From the NCBI GenBank assembly GCA_000503915.1, contig CP006915.1:210001-242000 (forward strand): DNA of 32,000 bases. The letters run 5' to 3'. The stretch comes from Candidatus Saccharimonadota bacterium (lineage in GTDB: Bacteria > Patescibacteriota > Saccharimonadia > Saccharimonadales > Saccharimonadaceae). How positions within the stretch are numbered: position 1 is the first letter of the stretch; every line of letters begins with the position of its first letter. The notes beneath the pieces were generated by a model. The model had not been told where the DNA came from. It saw nothing but the letters and a program-made list of their open reading frames with translations, and made no database searches. Shown here in pieces: positions 1-8,140 of the stretch. The translations under genes and the position numbers were made by a program.

Positions 1-1
1 C

Positions 2-67
2 CATTGGTTAATACCTCCTATTAGTTCTTACAACTGTAAGAGTACCCCTTGCGTCCCTCCCTGTCAA
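2..67 (-). promoter_or_regulatory. Promoter, RBS and start codon of a minus-strand gene that leaves the left window edge
   Basis: Minus strand reads TTGACA (67..62), 17 nt, TACTCT (44..39), then TAGGAGGT (20..13) 8 nt before ATG (4..2). The ORF body lies outside the window. Confidence 0.35.
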
Positions 68-71
68 CACT

Positions 72-695
72 TTAAATACTTTGGTAGTGTTTCTGGAGCA
101 TCATCCGTAGTAGCGCTAGGCCAAGCAAACGGAGAAAAATCAGCAAGCCTAAAAAGGCACTGATAAGGAGTGAGAAGCCGGCAAAATCAGGCGACCACAG
201 GGGACTGGCAAACTCATGGCGATAGAGGCTAGGGTCGGGCAACTGGGCTTTTTTCGAACCATAATAGCCGGCCGGATACTTGGCAAGCTCGCTCGCAAAA
301 CACTGAACATAGGCCTGCGAATAACCACTGTATTGCTGTTTGCACGTTGCATCCGCCTTTGCATTGATATTATCTTTGCTGCTGGCGCTTGCCATCTGAA
401 TAGCTTTTTGGGTATCGCGCCTATACTGCCCTTCCAGATAGACCACACCGCTGTCCGCATTCATATGTGTGCCCGAATGGCGCTGCAAATCATAAAGGCG
501 TTGCTGGATCGCCGTCGCGTCGCCTTGTTCATCGGCATTGAGTACAGCGGTGCGACGCTCGATCATACCGATATTATTCAGTCGTAGGAAGGTCGCCGAG
601 ATCAAGCCAAACAAGATCACCAAGAGGACAAGCTGCCACGTCTTAATACGCTGCAACTCCTTGATGCTTCGCCTTACTGTTCGTTTATTCTCCAC
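72..695 (-). CDS. Hypothetical membrane protein (N- and C-terminal TM helices, 207 aa, GTG start)
   Basis: Long ORF. Hydrophobic helix WQLVLLVILFGLISATFL near the N-terminus and FAGFSLLISAFLGLLIFLRLLGLALL at the C-terminus. No family recognised. Confidence 0.6.
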   Translation of the reverse strand: MENKRTVRRSIKELQRIKTWQLVLLVILFGLISATFLRLNNIGMIERRTAVLNADEQGDATAIQQRLYDLQRHSGTHMNADSGVVYLEGQYRRDTQKAIQMASASSKDNINAKADATCKQQYSGYSQAYVQCFASELAKYPAGYYGSKKAQLPDPSLYRHEFASPLWSPDFAGFSLLISAFLGLLIFLRLLGLALLRMMLQKHYQSI

Positions 696-748
696 CTACA
701 AGCTACCCAGCCTCACCTCTTTTACTGTTTTCCAGTATAGCACGCCTG

Positions 749-1963
749 TCAGCGCCGATAGAGCATGAAACGCGGTGTCATGATAAGGAGCGTCAGCCCG
801 GCTGTAACCACGAAGAATACTCGGAGCCCCAGCTCGCCCGAATACAAGGCAAAGATCGCCGCAAGGATGAGTGCAGCGAAGCTCGCGCCAAAGTTTACCA
901 TTATTTCAATAATATACAAGTAGGCAAGCCGTTTCCCCGATGAATCCGCCGCGTCAAACAGACCACGCGTGAACGCCATCGAATAGCCAGTGGTGCCGGC
1001 TTCATTCATAATATTGGCGAGGACGACGCTCGTCGGTGTCGAGATAAATGCTCGCATGAGGTGGATGAATGAATTAAAGATGGTGCTGAATTTTAGTAAC
1101 ACACCGCCCTTACGGCGATCGATCAGTTTTCCAAAGCTATACGACGCTGCCAAGGCAGCCACCAGCGAAACAGCGCTCAGTAGACCGACTTTGGCGTAAA
1201 TTTCGTCTCCGTCACCAGCGAAAACAATCACCGCCATAAATAGCGTCCAGCCTGTTCCGGTCGCAAAGACGTCGATCCCCACTCCCACTTCCGCGACGAA
1301 GCTTCGCCAGGTCGTTCGCCACGGAAACCCTTGAAAATCAAGTGTTTGATGCGTCTTTACGGGTTCACCTGTCCTAAAAAGCGGTACTGCGGCGAGCAAA
1401 AAGAGTACGGCTGCGATAATCATGACGATTTCTGGCCCCGCTACGAACGCCAAAAAGCCTCCCAGGATCGGGCTGACGCCGGAAGCGACTTTTTCCAATA
1501 TATTCATATAGGCGATTTCTTTGCCGGCATGCTCTACATTCTTCACTTTCGAGAAATCTACCATGTAGCTAAGGTCATAGAGACAGGTCGATGAAGCCTG
1601 GAATATCCACCACAGACCCAGCGCCCATAGGTGATACTCGGGTAACAGTGGCAAGAAGACCATACTGATTCCCGCTAAAATATTGCTCACTAGCGTGCTA
1701 TGTTTTGGACCAATTCTGGCAATAATGAGTGCCGCGGGCCAGGCGAAGAGAGTTTTATAGCCATAAAACGCTGCCCAGAAAAGAGCTAAGAATACGAGGC
1801 TATAGTGTTCCTGCAACAGATAGATAGAGGTAAAAACCGTCACCATACGCAGAGCAAACAAACGCATTGTACGCGAAGCATAGAGCTCAGCAACTTCATC
1901 AAAGGTAGCATAGCGCCAGAAATGACGCCGCAGTAGCAGACGATGGATGAATGATTTTAGCAT
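749..1963 (-). CDS. MFS-type transporter (404 aa, about 12 TM)
   Basis: Polytopic hydrophobic ORF with MFS motif-A-like loops in both halves (ALIIARIGPKHSTLV; FGKLIDRRKGGVLL). Confidence 0.65.
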   Translation of the reverse strand: MLKSFIHRLLLRRHFWRYATFDEVAELYASRTMRLFALRMVTVFTSIYLLQEHYSLVFLALFWAAFYGYKTLFAWPAALIIARIGPKHSTLVSNILAGISMVFLPLLPEYHLWALGLWWIFQASSTCLYDLSYMVDFSKVKNVEHAGKEIAYMNILEKVASGVSPILGGFLAFVAGPEIVMIIAAVLFLLAAVPLFRTGEPVKTHQTLDFQGFPWRTTWRSFVAEVGVGIDVFATGTGWTLFMAVIVFAGDGDEIYAKVGLLSAVSLVAALAASYSFGKLIDRRKGGVLLKFSTIFNSFIHLMRAFISTPTSVVLANIMNEAGTTGYSMAFTRGLFDAADSSGKRLAYLYIIEIMVNFGASFAALILAAIFALYSGELGLRVFFVVTAGLTLLIMTPRFMLYRR

Positions 1964-2015
1964 GTTTGTCTATGAATAAGTGGTTAATCCGCTTATGTTC
2001 GATTATACTACAGAT

Positions 2016-3365
2016 ATGAGAATTTATTTCGCTGGTATCGGTGGCGTCGGCCTCGGGCCGTTAGCCGAAATTGCGGCTGACGCCGGCTACGAAGTTAGCG
2101 GCAGCGACCCTACGAGCAGCTTGATGACGAGCCAGCTACAAAAACGAGGTGTTGTTGTTGAACCTTCCCAGGATGGCGCTTTCTTGGCTCAAACTCACGC
2201 GCTTACCCCCATCCAATGGTTCGTCTACAGTGCTTCTCTACCGAGCGATCACCCGGAGCTTCAGATGGCTAGAAAGCTCGGCTTACGCATGACTAAACGC
2301 GACGAATTTCTGGCATATATTATCAAAGAAAAGAACCTGAAGCTTATCGCCATCGCCGGCACACACGGCAAGACCACCACCACTGGCATGATGGTCTGGG
2401 TACTCAAGCAGCTTGGTATCCCGGTGAGTTACGCCGTCGGCACCACGCTCAGCTTTGGACCAAGCGGAAAGTATGATAAAGATAGCCAGTATTTCGTCTA
2501 CGAATGCGATGAGTTCGACCGCAACATGCTTGCGTTTCATCCAGATCTTTCGCTTATTACGTCGCTTGGCTACGACCACAGTGACACCTACCCATTTGAG
2601 CAAGATTACCAAGCGGCGTTTGCTCAGTTTATCGAACAGTCCGGCCATACGATCGGCTGGTTCCATGACCTTTCAAAACTGCCGTTTATATCTGCCGAGA
2701 AAGCCTGGCAGCTACATGATGAAGAGGTACTGGACTTCTCGCTTACTGGCATTCACAACCGTCAAAATGCAACACTGGTAGCAAAAGCGTGCGAGTATTT
2801 ATCCTCACAAGGCAACTTATTTCCTGAAGCATCTGCAGCCCAAGCTTCAGCTGATGCGGTCTCAACAGAAGCTTGGCGCGAAGCTGCTGAAGAAAATAAC
2901 GTTGCTGAAGTGAGTATGCGTGTCATCAACACGTTTCCCGGCACCAATCGTCGCTTCGAGAAACTGGCCGACAATCTATACAGCGATTACGGCCACCACC
3001 CGGAAGAGATTGCTGCTACACTGCAGATGGCTCGCGAATTATCCGACCATGTCGTACTCGTCTACCAACCACACCAAAACGTCCGCCAGCACGAAGTTGT
3101 CGACCAATACACTGACTGCTTTTCTGAAGCCGAAAAGGTTTATTGGCTACCAACTTATCTCAGTCGCGAAGATCCGAGTCTCACTGTACTGACGCCGAAA
3201 GAACTATCAGCTAATGTGACAAACCGTGAGGTGGTTGAAATTGCCGATCTCAACGATGCATTGTGGCAAGCCATCCAAGCTGCCCGTGACGCTGGCAAAC
3301 TCGTCCTCTGCATGGGCGCTGGATCGATCGACGAGTGGCTCCGTCATCAATTAGCCATTCATTAG
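2016..3365 (+). CDS. murC: UDP-N-acetylmuramate--L-alanine ligase (Mur ligase family)
   Basis: N-terminus MRIYFAGIGGVGLGPLAEIAADAGYEVSGSD (MurC Rossmann motif), ATP site IAIAGTHGKTTTTGM, FPGTNRRFE near the C-terminal domain. The track ORF starts at GTG 1980. ATG 2016 gives the canonical N-terminus and lies 6 nt after a TATACT box (2004-2009). Confidence 0.8.
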   Translation: MRIYFAGIGGVGLGPLAEIAADAGYEVSGSDPTSSLMTSQLQKRGVVVEPSQDGAFLAQTHALTPIQWFVYSASLPSDHPELQMARKLGLRMTKRDEFLAYIIKEKNLKLIAIAGTHGKTTTTGMMVWVLKQLGIPVSYAVGTTLSFGPSGKYDKDSQYFVYECDEFDRNMLAFHPDLSLITSLGYDHSDTYPFEQDYQAAFAQFIEQSGHTIGWFHDLSKLPFISAEKAWQLHDEEVLDFSLTGIHNRQNATLVAKACEYLSSQGNLFPEASAAQASADAVSTEAWREAAEENNVAEVSMRVINTFPGTNRRFEKLADNLYSDYGHHPEEIAATLQMARELSDHVVLVYQPHQNVRQHEVVDQYTDCFSEAEKVYWLPTYLSREDPSLTVLTPKELSANVTNREVVEIADLNDALWQAIQAARDAGKLVLCMGAGSIDEWLRHQLAIH

Positions 3366-3703
3366 CGATTGTCGCCGCTGCCTTTGGTGACGCCGCGGGC
3401 TTTTCGTGACAAGACTTTATCGAGGTTCATCTGGGCGATTTCTTCGAGTGAGTAGCCCAGGTAGATACCAACGGAGTTGACGTACCACAAGATATCACCG
3501 AGTTCTTTAGCGAGTTCTTTTTTGTGTTCGTCGGTTGCCTTGCCGTCGTTGTCGCGAATGATTTTCTTGATTTTTTCAGCGAACTCCCCCGTCTCACCGC
3601 ACAGACCAAACATCTTTTCGAGCATGGCGTGACTATCGATCTCGTGCTTGCCTTTGTATAAATCGGTACTGATGGCTTGAGTAGAGTAATCGTTTATTTG
3701 CAT
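3362..3703 (-). CDS. MazG-like nucleotide pyrophosphohydrolase (113 aa)
   Basis: All-alpha NTP-PPase signature: GLCGETGEFAEKIKK ... ELGDILWYV. The stop overlaps the murC stop by 4 nt (convergent). Confidence 0.75.
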   Translation of the reverse strand: MQINDYSTQAISTDLYKGKHEIDSHAMLEKMFGLCGETGEFAEKIKKIIRDNDGKATDEHKKELAKELGDILWYVNSVGIYLGYSLEEIAQMNLDKVLSRKARGVTKGSGDNR

Positions 3704-3707
3704 AGTT

Positions 3708-4394
3708 CTATTGTACCGTAGCTTTCACAAAATTTGTTTTCATCCCCTGGCTCGTCCAGCGGGTCTCGTATGTCGTCATGGTTTTATAATCATCCGGTAG
3801 TTCTGATTCATGCAAGTCAAAGCTGAGCTCGGCGATGTGCCACTTTTCTCTCACCAGCTGCTCTAGGCTCCAATGAAAGAAATCGAGGTTATCGTGTTTG
3901 AGATACAATCCCTGAAATGCAGATTCGGACTTTTTGACCCTGTTAAGGGTGGGGCCCTGACGAAGGAGAGCGGCGTATCTGGCGAGGTATATCGGATGGG
4001 TCATCCGTCTACGTGCTGAACGCACCTTGGGAAACGGGTCAGGAAAGGTCAGCCACAGTGCACTTGTTTTGCCCGCTTCAAAACAGTCGAGCAGCTGATC
4101 GGCTCGCGCCCGTAAAAAACGAATATTCGTGAGTTCTCGCTCCGCTGCTTCGTACGCACCTTTCTGTAGTCGATCGGCTTTTACATCGACTGCCACAAAG
4201 GATTTCTTGGGATACTTACTGGCAAGCTCGACTAAAAATAAGGCGGTACCGGCACCGAGCTCGATGACGTCGGCGGGCTGCTTCTTCCATTCCTCGAACT
4301 CAAAACACAGCGGTGAATTGGAGAATTTGGCAAATTTATATTTCTTGCGCTTACGCGTGATAATGAAGTCATCCGGATTGATTTGCCCGCTCAT
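3708..4394 (-). CDS. trmB: tRNA (guanine46-N7)-methyltransferase
   Basis: SAM motif VIELGAGTALFLVELA and the TrmB block LWLTFPDPFPKVRSARRR. The start ATG overlaps the upstream tsaC stop (ATGA at 4391-4394). Confidence 0.85.
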   Translation of the reverse strand: MSGQINPDDFIITRKRKKYKFAKFSNSPLCFEFEEWKKQPADVIELGAGTALFLVELASKYPKKSFVAVDVKADRLQKGAYEAAERELTNIRFLRARADQLLDCFEAGKTSALWLTFPDPFPKVRSARRRMTHPIYLARYAALLRQGPTLNRVKKSESAFQGLYLKHDNLDFFHWSLEQLVREKWHIAELSFDLHESELPDDYKTMTTYETRWTSQGMKTNFVKATVQ

Positions 4395-4944
4395 CGCAGG
4401 AATTCCGTGTGGCCATCGTCACTCATCTTGATAAGTCGTGATGGTGTAGGATTTTCAACCGCTCCCCCATCGACATAAAAGTCGACCGCATCACCGAAAT
4501 AATCACGGGCTTTTGCGATTGTCATAGCCGGTGGTTGCCCTTCCGGGTTAGCGCTTGGTGCGATGAGCGAACCAGTATCTCTTATCAGTCGCTGTAGTTG
4601 TCTATGAGCTGGTAGTCGGTATGCTACCGAAGCGTTGTCGCGCCGAATCCAGAACGGCGCCCGAGAAGACGGTAAAATAATGCTGACCGGACCCGGCCAA
4701 GCCTCGAGCAGTAGTGCTTCCGCAGCCTGAGGTGGCGTGTCCCACAATTGATCACGTGAGGCAATTAACACGATGGGCGACTTCTTATAGTCACGCTTCT
4801 TAGCTCATACACGCGATTGACAGCCGTTTCATCGTCGGCACATGCGACGACACCGTAGAGCGTATCGGTTCTAAGTATGCCGATACCGCCACGCTTGAGT
4901 ATGGCAATAAGCTCTGGTGATTGGAGGTCGTGGAATAATCGCAT
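4391..4944 (-). pseudogene. tsaC: L-threonylcarbamoyladenylate synthase (TsaC/YrdC/Sua5 family) interrupted by a -1 frameshift
   Basis: N-terminal 59-aa frame 4944..4765 (MRLFHDLQSPELIAILKRGGIGILRTDTLYGVVACADDETAVNRVYEL...). The C-terminal frame is open from 4804 to stop 4393..4391 (AKKRDYKKSPIVLIASRDQLWD...PGPVSIILP...). Total span is 554 nt (3n+2). Restoring one base near 4800-4804 gives the family-typical ELKKR...PIVLIAS. Confidence 0.75.
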
Positions 4945-4946
4945 AG

Positions 4947-5306
4947 TTAGTTGGTGGTGAGTCGTAATGCCTGGTCGCTCAACGCATCACCCGAGTAGGC
5001 ATTGACCGACGTGGCATCAGTGGCTTTATCAGTGTACATAGCCTCGAATTCATCGAGTGCTTTGGCATCGATCTTCCCATCTGGCGAGAATCCGGTAAAT
5101 GGCTGGTTATCTTTAATAGCTTCTTCCCTTGCCGCAGCATAGCCCGGCCGACTCAAATCAAGCTGGATTGTACCACTGGTCTGGTACAAACTAAGTGCAA
5201 CAAATACCAGAAAAAGCGAAATACTGATTGCCCCGGCAATGAGGCTAACGAACTGATGCCGCTTTATGTGACTTACAGCAACTGACTCATGATGAATCTC
5301 GTCCAT
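4947..5306 (-). CDS. Hypothetical membrane-anchored protein (119 aa, one N-terminal TM)
   Basis: ORF with TM helix FVSLIAGAISISLFLVFVALSLY. The start ATG overlaps the stop of the extended upstream frame (TAATG at 5304-5308). Confidence 0.55.
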   Translation of the reverse strand: MDEIHHESVAVSHIKRHQFVSLIAGAISISLFLVFVALSLYQTSGTIQLDLSRPGYAAAREEAIKDNQPFTGFSPDGKIDAKALDEFEAMYTDKATDATSVNAYSGDALSDQALRLTTN

Positions 5307-5438
5307 TATAGTGAGCTCTCCTTTAGAAACGACGCTTTAAACGTAGTAAAGGTTGCTTGGTATTCCTTGATGAGGCCGGTTATCACTTGGTTAACACTAC
5401 TGAGTGCGACACGCTTGGCACGTGCCTCAAGTAGTGCA

Positions 5439-5837
5439 TTATAAAAGGAGACCGGCTGCTTGACGCAGTCCACCGCAAGCAGCCTTCACCATCGCATTAT
5501 CATATTCGATATAGGCATCGTAGAATTTGGTATATGCCTTGTTATAGTCCGCTGTGATAGTGAGGAACTTGCTACCGTCGAGTTGATTGGATGCCAGGCG
5601 ACGATTAAACGGTACCATCAATTTGTCGCTGATCGTACGGTACAGATTTCCCCGATCGTTACGAAGAAAGGCATCGGTTTGGTGCAGGCGATTGAGGGTC
5701 GCTTGGTTCTCGATGCAGGTGTTTCGTATGCGCTCCATTTGTGCCTCAGTAATCACAATTTCAGCATGTGCCGGTTGGCTCACAAGAGCAATACCGACAA
5801 TTGAAGCAACGAGCAACAGTCCAAGCATATATTTCAC
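5439..5837 (-). CDS. Hypothetical secreted protein (signal peptide), apparently frameshifted near its 3' end; coding probably continues to 5306
   Basis: Signal peptide MKYMLGLLLVASIVGIALVSQPAHA-E. A second frame is open 5485..5309 and encodes the protein-like VDCVKQPVSFYNALLEARAKRVALSSVNQVITGLIKEYQATFTTFKASFLKESSL, ending in a TAATG overlap with the next gene. Confidence 0.55.
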   Translation of the reverse strand: MKYMLGLLLVASIVGIALVSQPAHAEIVITEAQMERIRNTCIENQATLNRLHQTDAFLRNDRGNLYRTISDKLMVPFNRRLASNQLDGSKFLTITADYNKAYTKFYDAYIEYDNAMVKAACGGLRQAAGLLL

Positions 5838-5900
5838 TCTTTTACAGTATGAAAGTTGGAAGCTATTTGGTCAAATGAATTTTAATGATTCTTTTGGATA

Positions 5901-6039
5901 GAACCAAGCAGATCTACTTTGACTTGCCAAAGTAGTAAATAAACCTTCCCTTCAGCTTGACCAGAAACGAAGCAAAAAGGGTCAAGTTGGTTCTTGGTTG
6001 CTTGAGAAAGTCATGTCAAGGTTGAACCTTGACATGACT
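5901..6039. other. Highly structured intergenic segment (nested inverted repeats plus a 31-nt perfect palindrome)
   Basis: Outer pairing GAACCAA (5901-5907)/TTGGTTC (5987-5993) encloses hairpins CTACTTTG-ACTTGC-CAAAGTAG (5914-5935) and CTTGACC-17 nt-GGTCAAG (5956-5986). This is followed by the palindrome AGTCATGTCAAGGTT-G-AACCTTGACATGACT (6009-6039). Confidence 0.3.
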
Positions 6040-6149
6040 GCCCAGCACATAGTACAGCCGTGATCATCACGCTACGGCATGTCGCGGTAGAGCTCGCGTC
6101 CTTGCTGCACGACTAGATCACAGAGTTTGGTTCTAAGCATAAATCTAAA

Positions 6150-6710
6150 TTAGAATGACACCGGCACATTGTATTTTATACAGTACCATGGATCTGCGCA
6201 GCCGTTATCACCCGCAGCGCGGTAATCCCCGTCAGCATCGTTCGTTAATGCTGCATCGCTTGATGACTCAAGCCGCCCGCGAAGAATATAACGATCGGAG
6301 CCAGCGCTACCACTACCGTATCCAAAATAATAAGTTGGGTCGCTATCACTTGATGTGCTTGGGTTATCCTGTGGGTCATTCGGCACACTCGATGCAACTG
6401 CTTTATAATTGCTTGTTGTAAAACCGCAATTCGTACCAGCCTTTATACATTCTTGCAGATACCCCCAGTGGTCATCCCAGGTAGGACCACCGGGGGTTGC
6501 AGGATAGCGACCCTGGTCTACATTGAACAACTCGAGCGCCTTTTGGACGCCTTTTAAATCTGAGACCCGGATGGCATCTCGCGACCGCTGCTGAATCCCG
6601 TTATATGCCACGATGGTGATGGCGGCCAGAATAGCAATCACGACGATCACAACGAGGAGCTCAACGATAGTGAAGCCGACTTGTTTACGCATATGCTTAT
6701 AGTGTAGCAT
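6150..6710 (-). CDS. Type IV pilin / pseudopilin with prepilin N-terminal cleavage-methylation motif
   Basis: Leader then G-FTIVELLVVIVVIAILAAITIVAYNGIQQRSRD (class III signal, Glu+5). An alternative start is ATG 6692 (MRKQVGFTIVE). Confidence 0.8.
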   Translation of the reverse strand: MLHYKHMRKQVGFTIVELLVVIVVIAILAAITIVAYNGIQQRSRDAIRVSDLKGVQKALELFNVDQGRYPATPGGPTWDDHWGYLQECIKAGTNCGFTTSNYKAVASSVPNDPQDNPSTSSDSDPTYYFGYGSGSAGSDRYILRGRLESSSDAALTNDADGDYRAAGDNGCADPWYCIKYNVPVSF

Positions 6711-6735
6711 GACCCCTCTGGACTATAATAGATAT

Positions 6736-7266
6736 ATGACAACATATACGTTAGCTGGTGGATGCTTTTGGTGCCTAGATGCCGTATTCAGGCGACTTAA
6801 AGGTGTAGAGAGATCAATCTGCGGCTATGCTGGTGGCGCGGAAGAAGGTGCTGATTATTACCGTGTTGCCTCAGGTAAAACCGACCACGCTGAGTCGGTG
6901 CAGATTATCTTTGATGAGGCTGTTATTCCGAAAGAAACGATCCTCGACATCTTCTTTTTAATCCACGACCCGACCTCGCTCAATAAGCAAGGCGCTGATG
7001 AAGGTCCACAGTATCGCTCGGCAATGTTTTATGAAAACGATGCGCAAAAAAATGAATTTGAAGCGGCCGCGAAACGAGCTCAGAGAAATTGGGACAAGCC
7101 AATCGTGACAGAAATCGTAGAGCTGCCAGCCTTCTATGAGGCCGAGCCTGAGCACCAAGATTATTTCTCGAAAAATCCAGCTAATGGGTACTGTTCGGTT
7201 GTCATTGCGCCGAAAATCAGCAAGGCCAGAAAAGAATTTGAAAAGTATTTCAACAGTAGTGCCTAA
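6736..7266 (+). CDS. msrA: Peptide-methionine (S)-S-oxide reductase
   Basis: Active-site GGCFWCLDAVF and GYAGG motifs. The track ORF starts at 6709. ATG 6736 lies 6 nt after TATAAT (6724-6729) and gives a typical short N-terminus. Confidence 0.9.
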   Translation: MTTYTLAGGCFWCLDAVFRRLKGVERSICGYAGGAEEGADYYRVASGKTDHAESVQIIFDEAVIPKETILDIFFLIHDPTSLNKQGADEGPQYRSAMFYENDAQKNEFEAAAKRAQRNWDKPIVTEIVELPAFYEAEPEHQDYFSKNPANGYCSVVIAPKISKARKEFEKYFNSSA

Positions 7267-7268
7267 AC

Positions 7269-7772
7269 TCAAATAGACTTAAGTTGCTGAACGATCAAGT
7301 TGGCGGCCTCTTCACTTGAATGCTTTGAGGTATCAATTAATAAATCATCAGGATACGGTTGAGTTTCTTCATATAACCGCCGTATTTCTGACTCTGGTAC
7401 GTTTTTCTCTTGCCGACTACTACTTCGCTGTAATACGTCTTCAAGAGGCGCTGATAAAAAAACTTTTATGTAACGCATGTCATTCTCCCTAAGGAATCGT
7501 ACGATTCGGTCGTTATGATCTTTTCGATACATTTCTTCAAGAATTACGTTATAGCCTTTATCATACATAGCCTTGGTGAAGTACTGAGCAACATCATGCG
7601 CAATCTCAGTCCGTTCAGCTCTGTTTGTTTTACCTTCTTTGAGCGGCATGTAGTGTTTGAGCTTATCAACATCAATTACCGTCCAATTCGGCCCACACTT
7701 CTCTTGTATAATCTGCGAGATGGTTGATTTTCCGACACCCGATGGACCACGTAAAATAACGACAGTATTCAT
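7269..7772 (-). CDS. P-loop NTPase / small-molecule kinase-like protein (AAA_33 or zeta-toxin-like fold)
   Basis: Walker A ILRGPSGVGKST at residues 6-17 when started at ATG 7772. TATACT (7785..7780) lies 7 nt upstream. The track start at 7799 adds 9 aa. Confidence 0.65.
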   Translation of the reverse strand: MNTVVILRGPSGVGKSTISQIIQEKCGPNWTVIDVDKLKHYMPLKEGKTNRAERTEIAHDVAQYFTKAMYDKGYNVILEEMYRKDHNDRIVRFLRENDMRYIKVFLSAPLEDVLQRSSSRQEKNVPESEIRRLYEETQPYPDDLLIDTSKHSSEEAANLIVQQLKSI

Positions 7773-7872
7773 GGTCATAAGTATAGCAAACATTGACATA
7801 TAAATTTTTGAATGTTATAATATAAATATGCGGCTTGATTGGCCGTATCGAACTTCTAGCGGAAGGAAAGAG

Positions 7873-8139
7873 ATGAAGAGTCTCTTAGATAGAGCCGAGA
7901 GATGGCTTTGTACACGCCCTGGAAAAACAGCAGTGTTACTGCTGTGGACAGCGATTACCGTCCAATTTATCGCACAGCCGGCACTCTTCTTGGATGGTCT
8001 AGGTTTCGCTGCAATTGGATGTCTGCTGTATGGCGTCTACTGGGCGATCAAGACGCTTTTTACTGAGAGCGCCTGGCTTCTCAGGAGCTATATTCGCACA
8101 ATCGTGCTAGAAGAACTGCAAAGCTCCCGGGTTCGATAA
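7873..8139 (+). CDS. Small membrane protein (88 aa, 2 TM)
   Basis: ATG 7873 is preceded by GGAAGGAAAGAG. TM helices AVLLLWTAITVQFIAQPALFL and LGFAAIGCLLYGVYWAI. The track start is 7828. Confidence 0.45.
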   Translation: MKSLLDRAERWLCTRPGKTAVLLLWTAITVQFIAQPALFLDGLGFAAIGCLLYGVYWAIKTLFTESAWLLRSYIRTIVLEELQSSRVR

Positions 8140-8140
8140 G

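Noticed and set aside
3362-3365. 4-nt convergent stop-codon overlaps (also 13923-13926 and 23241-23244).
   Set aside because: This is ordinary genome compaction (TTAG/CTAG/CTAA read on both strands) and not a regulatory feature in itself.
6709-6735. Overlapping divergent long-ORF starts of msrA (6709) and the pilin gene (6710).
   Set aside because: The longest-ORF starts would make the two genes overlap head-to-head. The internal ATGs (6736 for msrA, possibly 6692 for the pilin) leave room for promoters, although the pilin start remains ambiguous.
7828-7872. The string GCGGCTTGATTGGCCGTATCGAAC resembles a tmRNA 5' end (GGGGCTGATTCTGGATTCGAC), raising the possibility that 7828-8150 is ssrA.
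   Set aside because: There is no matching 3' acceptor/T-arm (no complementary acceptor strand before CCA), no tag-peptide reading frame ending in ..AA-stop, and the region reads as a coherent two-TM ORF with an SD at 7861-7872.
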